64,000 nt of DNA from Hemiscyllium ocellatum (taxonomy: Eukaryota). Within the stretch, counting starts at the first letter, position 1, and each line of letters opens with the position of its first letter. Positions 38,241 through 48,695 of the stretch are shown here, one piece after another. Made by a program: the position numbers and the translations under genes. Below the pieces are notes generated by a model. That model was not told the DNA's origin, searched no databases, and saw only the letters and a program-made list of their open reading frames with translations. The stretch spans positions 486,015 through 550,014 of the forward strand of contig NW_026867489.1 in assembly GCF_020745735.1 (NCBI RefSeq), given 5' to 3'.

Positions 38241-38569
38241 TATATTTCTGATATTCATTTGTAAATGATGATACTGGCATACAAACATATACAGATGCAA
38301 AGGCATGCAGCATCAAGTTCATAACAATATCTGATCATGCAGAAGAAATGAACATCGCATTCGTGATCATATTAAACTTTCAGCCGCTCTGTTCACAATT
38401 CCCAAAACGCTGCCTGTGCTTGTTGTAAGCCTTTTGCTATTTTCCAGAGTTCTTTTGGTATTCAGTCAATTTTCTGATTGAATTGAAACACAATGCAAAA
38501 TATATTGCTAAGCTTTTTTCAATAAATTGTTCAATAAATTTTCAATAAATTATGTTCACAAAGAGTACG

Positions 38570-39030
38570 ATGTAAAAGGTACAGATGAATCATTTCCAAC
38601 CCGTCACCTTTGGATTTTAAATCGTTTCGATTGGGCTTGTGCTGTAAATTTATAAAACTGGGCAGGTTAGGAGTCGGTATCTTGAAGAAACACGTGAAAT
38701 CATGGTGGCATTGGACAGCTTCGATGTGGGAAGAATACTCGCAATGTTGGGAAAGTCCAAAATTAGGATCACAGTCTAAGAACAAGGGGTAAGCCGTTCA
38801 GTCATGTCAGTAGGAAAGAAAACTCTTCAAACACATAGTCGTGAGCTTGTAGAATTCTCTATCATAAAGTGCTGTTGGAGACCGTTCATTAGATATATTC
38901 AAGGGAGAGCAGGGCATGGCCGTTAAAGCTAAACTGATCAAGCAGCATGAAGAGGAAGCACAGAAGCCATGATCATTTTGGGCGATGTTGCAGACTCGAA
39001 AGTCCGAATGGCCTGCACCTACACCTACTT
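38570..39030 (+). mobile_element. CR1 LINE 3' fragment
   Basis: gggcaggttagga...ggaaagtccaaaattagg..cacagtctaagaacaagggg..aaactcttc..tgagcttgtagaattctct. Confidence 0.6.
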
Positions 39031-39143
39031 GCTATGTATTTAAATTTTCATTTCATATCAGTTCCGATTCGTGACTGTTTTATTTAAAGTAGGCTTAATT
39101 TCACTGTGCTTCGATTCCTGTTTACTGTTCCCCAGTACACCAG

Positions 39144-39483
39144 AGTTTCAGTGAGAGCATCCATTTGTATCCTGTCCCTGTGTCTATGACCATAATAATA
39201 AAGTGCACTGTCAGGCAAACACAGCTCGCTGATGGTGAAACTCCCCTCTCTTTTGAAATTACCCAGAAATGCAAAGAATTGTTTGCCAATACTTCCTGCT
39301 TTGAAACCCTCTCCATGAGATGGGATTAAATCATGGATGTGGAAATTCTCCACCGTACTTACTTTAGTTTTAACGAGTGGAAATTAGCTGAGATCAAATG
39401 CCTGAAGTGAAATATTACCGTAATTCCTTCTATCTGTGTCGCTGCAAGCGGCTCTTATTTGACCCAGTCTGTTCAACTGACAT
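39144..39483 (-). pseudogene. TCR alpha/delta V pseudogene, inverted paralog of 30643-30995
   Basis: GSIGKQFFAFLGNFKREGSFTISELCLPDSALYYYGHR (second Cys lost), with several stops in FR1/FR2. RSS is CACAGGG (39182-39176) / 23 nt / ACTGAAACT (39152-39144). The acceptor ctatatttctgcag is identical to that of its paralog. Confidence 0.85.
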
Positions 39484-42222
39484 CTGCAGAAATATAGATG
39501 TCAAAGTCGTTGTTTTTACTGTTACACTTTAACATCAATGGAATGGAGCAAATTGCAAATGCAGTGAGAGCACAACCAACAAGCAAGATGTCAGTGTCAC
39601 CAGGAAGTTAGAATGATCACAGTGAGAAGAACGTAACTGTTAAGCCATTTGCAGAAGTCGAACTGAGTAAATAGTAATAGCTGATGCTGGGTTTCACGGT
39701 TGGTAGTGAGTTTGAACAAATGCAGGTGAAGCTGAATTGTTTCTGCATTAAGTTGGTGGCCCGTTTAAATGTATGGAGCTGAAGCTGACTTCGTTTAGTG
39801 CAGGGCTGACGGTGCGTTTAAAAGAGGAATCTGAAGATGGAATGTTTTCTCTCAAAGCATAGATGTGGAGTCATAACCGGTCGAGGGTCAACAATAGCAG
39901 CGTCAATTGGGACACCCAATGAATGTCCAGTTTTTGACCCCCAATCCATGACCCTTGAGCAATGAACGGGGAGTGAGCTGAAATTATTCTCACTGTCGTG
40001 AACTTCACAGAATAACCCCAATGCAGTGTGATAGAAACAGAAAAATGTTGCTGATTTGGAAATTGACACAATTTGATCAGTCGTGACACAACAGTAAATA
40101 GGATCGTGTGCATTTATTAATTGTGTGCTCACTCTGTTTATCAAGAAGGCGTGAATTTGTCTATCAACAATCATGACCTGGTGAAACTGTAACAGGAACA
40201 GTGTGTACTTGAATGTATAGTGATTTAGATAAAGTACAACAATAATCTGGGCCCATTCAACATTCTAAAACTGGAATTAAATTTAACCTCAAAAAGGAAA
40301 CGTAACAAGAAGGCAAATGAGCGAGCAAAATAATCTTTCGTACCTGGAAAGATTCAGCACAACTGTAACAGTATTCCAAAGTGACCATAATGAGAAAAAT
40401 AAGAATGCATACTGATAATCATGAATTAAGACAGAGCAACATCTATCATTCAAATAATTTGCGTTTGATCCTGGGAAAATCAAATTCGGTTCGGACATTA
40501 GGAGACTCACCCTCGTGTTCAAATGCTGTACGTGTTTGCAGTGCTTTTTGTGGATGTTGCGTATTTCTCCAGTTGAGTGTCAGTGATGCAGGTAGTGAAC
40601 GCTTCTGCATACAGTACACATCAAAATGACTGTATTTTATGAGATGATATCGTTTTTCTTGAGTCCTATTGGAGCTTTACACATCCACGATATTTCATTA
40701 GCCATGACTGGAACAAAATGATCATATGAAATGGCAGAGCAGACTCGAGGTTAAAGTGTCATTCGATGTTGCTAAATTTAACGTTCATTTTTGATTTGAT
40801 ATTTGAATACGAAGGCACATTCTCCAGCTGAAAAAGACGCCATCAAAAATTAATATAATAACAGAGACTTGAAAAGATGGGATCTCGCTTCTCCAGAAAA
40901 CGTGGAACCAGGACATTACTGAAAAGAAATAGTTTAACTATTACACGGTTTAAGTGAAATACATTCGGAAATTCGAAATGGTGCATGACTCCACGACAAA
41001 GGCCTATCCATATCGAAGTCCACTAAAATAACAACTAGAGATATCAAGAAAGATGCACTCATACAAAAACACACTGGAACCGAATAGAACCGTTGACATC
41101 TGAAATGGGTAAAATTTGGAAAACACAGAATGGAGAAAGTCATAAGTGGGCTTATGACTCCAACTGTTAACATATGCTAATGTTACCAGAGCGAAGGCCA
41201 TGTGAGGGCACTTCAGGCCCTATTAAGTTAGTCACATATGTAGTAACTTCTTCGAAGCTCGTGTACAACATGAAATTCAGAGAATGAGGTCCAGAAAATA
41301 TTGGACAGAATCAAACAATAGTTTCGAGGAAATTTAAGTTGTCAGAGACGCTGAAGAGACAATTCCTCAGAGTAACAGGAAAGCCACAGTGAACCTGCAT
41401 AAAGTGAAACCAACTGACAACTGAGAGACTTTGGGACAACCTCTCTGTACAAGCAACAGAAATGTAAGTGTGGAAATAAAATGAAACCGATTGTGATAAT
41501 TCTAATTAATTTGAAAACGATAAAGTCGAGCTCTGCAATGGCCAAATATAAACAAAAAGTGGAAAACGACAGAACATTTTTGCTCTTTCGGTATTATTGG
41601 TCTCTGACAGTCAATGTTCAGGTTTTAGTGACTCTGTGCTTTTGGATCGATTTTCCTGGGAGCAGTGATAGAAGGTATTTGGGTCATTCTTGGAATTATG
41701 GTTTCAGAGATTAAATTCTCACTGATGCAGGAAAGCTTACTTGGATTTTCCTTCTTTAAAAAAAGGAAAGTTAACATCATGAAAATACAAAACACACAGG
41801 AATATTATTCGATGATGCTTTCACCCCTCGCAACCCCTATATGATGAAAGTGGAAACCAATTCGTCCCGGAGTGCTTGCTGCCTCCCAAGAGTCCAACAC
41901 ACGTGTACTCCTCCACTGCTTATACACCGAGAATATGCAATGTATTGATGAATCTGCTAACACTATTCACCTCTTACGTTAAATATATGATGCTGCTTTA
42001 CTGATTGATTTTCCAATATCAATGTGTAAAATTTTTGCAAGTTACAAGTGCTGGTTGACATGAATGCCAGAACCTTTCCTACAAGTATGACGTTTTCTCT
42101 ATAAATAGTTCATTGCCAAACAATAGATGCCATTTAACCAAGGCAGTTATGTCAGCAAACTTTTCATCACACCCCATCCTAACACTGTTCTCCGAGTCCA
42201 GCTTTACAAACCACTGCAAACA

Positions 42223-42469
42223 TAATTTTGAACAGATCTTTCTGTGTCACTATTTCTGTCATTCCTACCATGCACAAGTTATTTTATTGTACGGCTCTTT
42301 TCGTGTTCTGTATCACTTTGTCAGTAATCGAACAATGTTCTGGTTTTTATACAGTTCCTTCCATGCCCTGTACGACTGTGCATTTGTTTTACCTCCATGT
42401 TTTCATACAACCCTACCAACCAAATATTCAGGATATTGTACAGCAGTATCCATGATATGTATCACTTTG
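42223..42469 (-). repeat. Tandem array of RSS-23-like units 3' of V-delta copy E
   Basis: RSS1 CAAAGTG/23/ACAATATCC; a heptamer-less remnant (nonamer-like ATGAAAACA); CACAGTC (42380-42374)/23/ATAAAAACC (42350-42342); a 21-nt linker; CAAAGTG (42320-42314)/23/ACAATAAAA (42290-42282); then a truncated unit AATAGTG (42254-42248)/16 nt/TCAAAATTA. Confidence 0.82.
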
Positions 42470-42766
42470 AGAACTGTGCACCCACGCCTTGCAGAATCTC
42501 TCAGTTATATTTAGGAGGTCATGAACCGACTGAATTTCACTCCTGTATGGATGGACGCAAAAATTCCTTCCCATGAAGCATTTTCTTTGTTCGCCTCTCC
42601 TCAAGTCTCTCTGTGAACGAAACATCTCGGGAGCCTGTTCTGTCAGCAGACGGCACCAGTAAACTTTCGACTGACAGAAGACCGAATATTCACACATCAG
42701 TGTAAAAATGTCAACACCCAACAAACTTTTGCAGAGGCGGACTTTGGGACACAAGCTAACTGGAAT
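42470..42766 (-). pseudogene. NAR-TCR 'supporting' V-delta-like pseudogene (copy E), retains extra CDR1 Cys
   Basis: After acceptor ttccacag: LVSQSPPLQKFVG / DIFTLMCEYSVFCQSKVYWCRLLTEQAPE / GEANKENASWEGIFASIHTGVKFSRFMTS*I*LRDSARRGCTV. Stops and frameshifts present; no leader seen upstream. RSS is CAAAGTG (42469-42463) / 23 nt / ACAATATCC (42439-42431). Confidence 0.82.
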
Positions 42767-45315
42767 CTGTGGAATAACATTGAGCATTATTAATAATTCT
42801 GCCACTGTTTACAAAGGAAAATTGTAAATCACCGAAATTAATCTGAGTTTTTTTTGTGACAGTTAACTTTGTTGGAATTCCATTGGACCTATTCTCTTTT
42901 GTTTTCAAAACATACATTGCTGAGATGACAAGATGACACTTTCTTATGTATGTCGACTTCCTATGTTGTCGAATGAGCTGCCAAAACGGATGATTGGAAC
43001 TGATTGAACAGCTGCTTTAAAAAGTGTAACGGACAGCAGCAGAATAAGGCAAAAAGCATGGTTAAGGGGGAAAAGCATCTTCAGTGGCAACAATTGTAAA
43101 AGACTCCAAAAAAGTCAGTAACCAGACGAGGGTCGAATGAAAACCTGTTTTATTCTCTGATGGATGTTATATTTTAGGTCCGATTTACTGTGATGAAAGG
43201 TAATCCCAAGGAAACCTCGTATGCTTACTGAGACAATTTCCAAAAATAGCTGCTCCAAAGCTATCCAATAGTTTTGTACCACAGTGCATGGCAAGACCGA
43301 GAAACAATGACGTGATTGATTAGTACTGAAAATTCAGTAATTTTCTGCAGTTGGCATCTGTCCAGGAAATTCCACCTGACCTTGTTGTTTTAAAATCAGT
43401 TTCTTTTCTTGTCTGTTTACCTGTACCATGAAAAATTTCACTTTATTTTTATTTATTCTCTGCATTTTCTTTATACCATTTGAATTTCTTCCAATCGTAG
43501 ATACCTGTCCCAACTTCTCTCAATCGACTGTTGTGGTGAATCTGCACTGCTGTTGCAGTAGTTTTGTTGTTACTTCGTAGAAATCCTCATTCAGCTCTTT
43601 CTCAGTTTAAATTATTTGCAGAGATTTATTGACTTCTGATTAATTCTAATGGAGAATCAGTTTTGTTTTGCCTTAATTCTAGAGATAGGGAATATACCGT
43701 TGGAACAAACTGATTTATGCCTGAGTGCATATACGCTAACGTCCATCCCAGTCAGAAATCTAATTGGCATTGCTTTAACAGAATGCGTTGTAGATGCACT
43801 CTGTTTGCCTACTAAGTGATTTTAAAATCTTCCATAAGTAACTCAATACAACGTGCTCCAAACTTTTTTTTTAGGTGGCGAGGTCCACATTCTCTGGATT
43901 ATTCATTTTGAATATTTCTCCATCGTCACGACTTGATTGTTCTGTTCGTGAACATAATGCATTAATGCCTAAATCCTCTTGGCTAAGTATCAAACACCCG
44001 GTCATGGCACATAACATTTCTCTGAAGTCTCACTGCGCCTCTGTGGTACTCTCGGAAAAGAGATTCAGTTAAAATGATCAAATTCTGGGACTGCACTGCT
44101 TTATGAGATACGGAATACACAGACTCAAGACAATCACTTCACTGAAATATAATGCCTCTCTGTAGTTGCAATATCCGATCCCTTACGCTCAAATTGTGAC
44201 TCTTTTCCAGACTTGTTTAGCCTGGAGTAAAAATCACTGAATATATTACCATTAAAACTTGGATCAGTTCAAAATAAAGCATTTTTCCTTCCTCTAACTG
44301 GTTAGCAACGTAGCGTCCACTTCACAATCGCTTCATACAGGACAATAACTTTATCTCAGGGGACTGTCTGATTAACCTTAGCTGCACTTGTTCCAAAACA
44401 AATCCAGGCGTACACAAGTATGCAGAGCAAACTTTGACCCACCATTCCAAGGTGGAACCCATTCAAGCACTTCTATCCACAGAGCTCAGCGAACCCTCTG
44501 GCGATGGAGTTGAACTTTGACGAATGCCCAAGGAGTTGTCAACATATTCGTTTTGATGAATTGTTTATTCTCGGTTGTAAATGAGCATTGTCCCGCTTTG
44601 GTTTCGTTCTCTTAAGCAGCTATATTACAGTCTAATGTCTCAAAACATCTACATTATGAAAAAAAAAGGTATTTTCAGTTTCACATTGGGACTGAGGCTG
44701 CAAAATTTGGAATGTGACTGCTTTTATGAAGTCATATATGAAAACAGTTGAAAATGGTAATTTGATCATTCGTTTAATGGATTCCCTAGTAAGGACAAGT
44801 CCTCGAGACATAAATTCATGGGTCCTATATGTGTTGCTCGCCTAGAAATGCTATCGATTTTCTAGTGGGACAAGTGTTTTAATTGAATCTTTGCAATCTA
44901 GGACCTCTTTGAGACTTCAATCTCTGCCTTGTTATGGGTCACTGTGATGCATGTTTTTTTTTAATCGAAGCAACAGACTGATTTCTGTCCAAGAATAGAG
45001 GGCAGAATTTCACTACTCTTTCCTCATTAAAACCAGATTATGTCACTGATAATAGTATCCGTGTCTTGACATGTGAAATTACTGATGATGCTGGTGCAGT
45101 GAAACTGCCGACACAAGGCTGGGTTCCATAAGAGACTTCTGCCTGAGCAATCCAGGATCCGACTCCCATATTGTCAGTAATTCGGATGCAGCAACGGTGA
45201 CTGTTCCTTCCAAAATGTGTGTTTTAACGTTCTTTTGCCATTGACGATCACAATAATACACGATCCATTCACTATAAAGATCGATAACACTTTGGAGTGT
45301 GGTGTCACTTCCAAA

Positions 45316-45400
45316 CTTCGACAGTCACCATTGTCCCAAATCCATAGACGACGTCGAATCTCACCATCTTGCTCCTCTCGATCTCCATTGTACAGGAACC
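45316..45400 (-). pseudogene. NAR-TCR/IgH-type J segment with 23-RSS (RFDVVYGFGTMVTVE)
   Basis: YGxGTMVTV motif on the minus strand. RSS read outward on the plus strand is CACCATC (45362-45368) / 23 nt / ACAGGAACC (45392-45400). The expected phase-1 donor reads TT. Lies between the VNAR-like V and the supporting V-delta. Confidence 0.65.
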
Positions 45401-45769
45401 AAATCTACCTCAAAGAGTCGAGAAATCATCAGCACGCAGTGGGAAAAGTTCTCTTATTCTGGAAATTTAGATTAATATCGAGTATTGTATGTGTCCATTT
45501 TTTTTTGGTTTGAGCTTATTTCCTGAACGTTTGACAAATGATAAAAATGAAGGAAGCTCGAAACTTCATACAAGCTCTGGGGAAGATTCTGAAAAAATGA
45601 TTGCTGAAGAGTGAAATTTGTTTTCCAACTGGAATGTGAGACATTCATGTGAGGCTGAAATACAGGGTCTTCCAGGCAGATTAATGCAGTTGTCAATTTG
45701 TTTTTGTGTGAATCTCTAGTGAGAGTTTTTGAGCAGCATGAAACCGAGGCCCATCAGGCTACGCAGTCT

Positions 45770-46046
45770 TAACTGTACTGAGCTCTGCCGAAATAGGTGG
45801 CGGTGCCTTCAAATCTGACAACCTGAATTTCTAATGAAAATGTATTTTGTGTTTTATTCATTATTATAATAATTCTACCGATGGTGCAGATCCGCTCCCC
45901 CTCTGTCGCTGACTGTGTTTGTATGAAGAAATGCCCATTATCAAAAAGGTAATTACAAAAAACAATGACCATTTTAAACACAGGTAATGGAGAGAGAATG
46001 ACGCTTCTTCCTTGTCATGGTTGTCGGATCCTGTGTAACTAACTGA
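45770..46046 (-). pseudogene. VNAR-like (NAR-TCR V) pseudogene
   Basis: QLVTQDPTTMTRKKRHSLSITCV* / NYLFDNGHFFIQTQSATEGERICTIGRIIIIMNKTQNTFSLEIQVVRFEGTATYFGRAQ. Matches VNAR architecture (short FR2-FR3 without CDR2, GR..TxNK..xFSLxI..V..EDTATY.C). Frameshifts, second Cys lost, RSS not recognisable. Confidence 0.72.
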
Positions 46047-47409
46047 CTGAAATAAGCTATAAATTAAACGGAGAGGTTGGTGAACATTAGAAGCGACCAA
46101 CACGATACAGTTAAATCCCCAGAGCGTTCCTGTAATTCGGACGATCTTGGGGAGCCATGTAGTATTGAATCCAGACAATGTTGTTTTTTTTGCAATCGGT
46201 ACTTAAAGGGCAAACAGACAGGATTAACGTGGGGGGAGGGGGGATCTCAGTGTTTCCGCAGCAAGAGCTGACGTTTTCGATGATGGGGTTCTGGAGACAA
46301 GTCTGGGAGACTGGATCGTTAGCTGGGTTGCATTGCCCCAGAGGGATGGAGTTGAATTGCAGGAGACTGAGTGGACTCAGTCTCTCTGGACATGCGTTGT
46401 CTGAGTAGGCAGCATATTTAAAGAGCGAATCGATAGTTTTATGTCACTTCACCAGCTCTGTGAGCGGGATATGTTATGTCCTCGACCATTCGCCCAGTAT
46501 ACAGAAGTTCTAAGGTTGAAGATGGGGATGTGTGCTGTCACCGATTGCTGCAGTCCTCCTTACCCAACAGTAAGGAGCTTCGTCAGTGTTTTCACTGGTT
46601 CCTAAATGTTGAGCCAAGATTGCGAAGCTGCGATCATGCAAGAACCCAGAAGCAAGTTTATTTCTCCCCCACACACAACAACAATTTCTCTTCCTCCCGT
46701 CCTCACCTTATCCTCGTTTTAATCCATCAGTTGGGGTGATTATTTAACACTGAGCAGTTGCGTGGGTCCACGGTCAAATATCTGATCAGGAAAATTGAAC
46801 CTGAACGTCGACATCTGCAATCAGCCTCGCAAGTGAGAGCCGGGCTGCAAGATCATATCAGGTGGGGTGGGGGAGGGGGGACACACATTTGTAAGACAAT
46901 TGTGATTCAGATACATGATTTACATCAAGAACAAATTCTCGCATATATTTAAGAAAATTATTTGTGATACACCTTTTTTCTGTCTGTTGCGTGTATAATG
47001 TTGCTTTTAGTCAATAGTGGAAAGGTGCACTAAGGTTAAGTGTGATCATACTGCATTCTTCTAAGTTGTAGAGAACACATTTCCAGAGTCCTCAGTTTTC
47101 GGTCTAAGAACAATTCAAACATTCCAACATTCAGTCTTGTGAAGCATTGTTGCTCTCCCTCTGTGACAAATTTATCTTTGACAGATATTTTAAAAAAGAC
47201 TAATCGTTTAATTTGAGCTATATAGAATATTCCAATCTCAACAGCACTTATACGTTTTTAGCATGTTGTCTTCTTGTGACAGAAGAACAAAGATTGAGGG
47301 ACTCTTCGGTCATGGAGAACTTCCAAATTTAGACAATTGAAGAAATATTCTAGTATTCTGTTTTACCTACCAAAGTGGCAGCATGAAAGTTCAAAGATGT
47401 GTAGACCAG

Positions 47410-47535
47410 ATGAATTCGCCATACTATGGATCACGCCATGGGTCTCGGTGGGTTACTCTTTGGAGTGACGATGTAGACTTGTTGGGCTGAAGGGCCTGTT
47501 TCTGCACTGTAGGGAATCATATCTAATCTAATCTT
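47410..47535 (+). mobile_element. HE1/HER1-type LINE-SINE 3' tail
   Basis: gtagacttgttgggctgaagggcctgtttctgcactgtaggg..atctaatctaatct. Confidence 0.65.
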
Positions 47536-47689
47536 CCGCATTATTTTATATATTCAGGATCCATCCCTTATTCTGTTTCATCTGATTTCAAATCGTAATG
47601 CTATTTCCTTTCTTCGGACGTTATCGGACCTGTTGAGTTTCTCGGTGTCATTCTCCCAGTTCATCTATCTCCATAATACGTGTCCGACG

Positions 47690-48470
47690 ATGCCAAGTAC
47701 GGCAATGGAGCCTCCATAATCTCCATATTATTTCACAACGGAAGATTCCCCAGAAAGTTGTTAACTGGTCCGAAATAACTCACGTACTTCAGTCCTCAAC
47801 TCTCTCTTCTATCCCACCACAGCGATCCAGTTCCCATTTTCCTGACTTGCTCTCCCACCTGTAACCATATCAAGATGATAATTAACTGCCATTTTTGCCA
47901 GTGACATGCCACCACCAGACACAAATCTCCGTCACCTCCCGTATCAGCCCTCCCCAGGGACACTTGCCTGAAGGACATGCTGACTTCACGCCCAACAAAT
48001 CTGCCACCAGCCGACAACTTCACGAATCTTTCCACTACAATTACGGAATCTCTAGGTTTACTTCTGCCCTCCTTCGTGTCTAACGGCACAAGCACACCTT
48101 CCAGGTGAAGCAACGCTTTATCTGAACTTCTCACAATGTAGTCCACTGCATTCCCTCTTCACAATTTTGTCTCGTCTATATTGGGACAGCGAAGCATCGC
48201 CTGAGTGAGCGATTTGCAGAAGATCCACGTTCTGTCTGCGAAAAAGACCGGGAGGTTCTCGTTGCCGACAACTTCAATATGTCACCTTGCTTCCTGGCCA
48301 ACATTTCTGTCTCAGGCTTGCTGAAAAGCTCCAGCAAAGTTCAGCGTAAACTGATAGAGCAGGACCTCATTTTCCACTTGGGAACACGACAGCCCTCTGG
48401 ACTCAACGTGAAGTTCAACAACTTTGGGTCTTGAGCTCTCCGATATCCTCACACAGACCCCTCACATCAG
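47690..48470 (+). mobile_element. Penelope-like retroelement ORF remnant including GIY-YIG endonuclease
   Basis: FQVKQRFI*TSHNVVHCIPSSQFCLVYIGTAKHRLSERFAED...RKLIEQDLIFHLGTRQPSGLNVKFNNF at ~48080-48430. Confidence 0.8.
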
Positions 48471-48695
48471 ACCTTCTTATCACATAGTTTGCTATTGTGT
48501 AAGGCACATTCGGAGCCACGAGCAGTATTAAATAATAGCTACCCATCCTCCAAGCAGGATCGTTATCGTCTAATTTGTCTGACTACATGTTCTTCTCTCC
48601 CTATGAGGTGTATCTCCAAATATTGTTTACACCTTATCCCATCCCTCACCCAATCGTCTGCATGAAAACCGAAATTTTCATAGCTACTCTCTGTT

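Noticed and set aside
41000-41440. LSQS.SVVS..G.PVTL.NC.FSVSD as another V exon
   Set aside because: No WYxQ, no YxC in a consistent frame and no RSS.
45400-45770. D segment(s) and V RSS of the NAR-TCR cassette
   Set aside because: Two nonamer-like motifs (TCAAAAACT, ACAAAAACA) have no heptamer at 12 or 23 nt; the best D candidate near 45640-45665 has only 4-5/7 heptamers. Not supportable.
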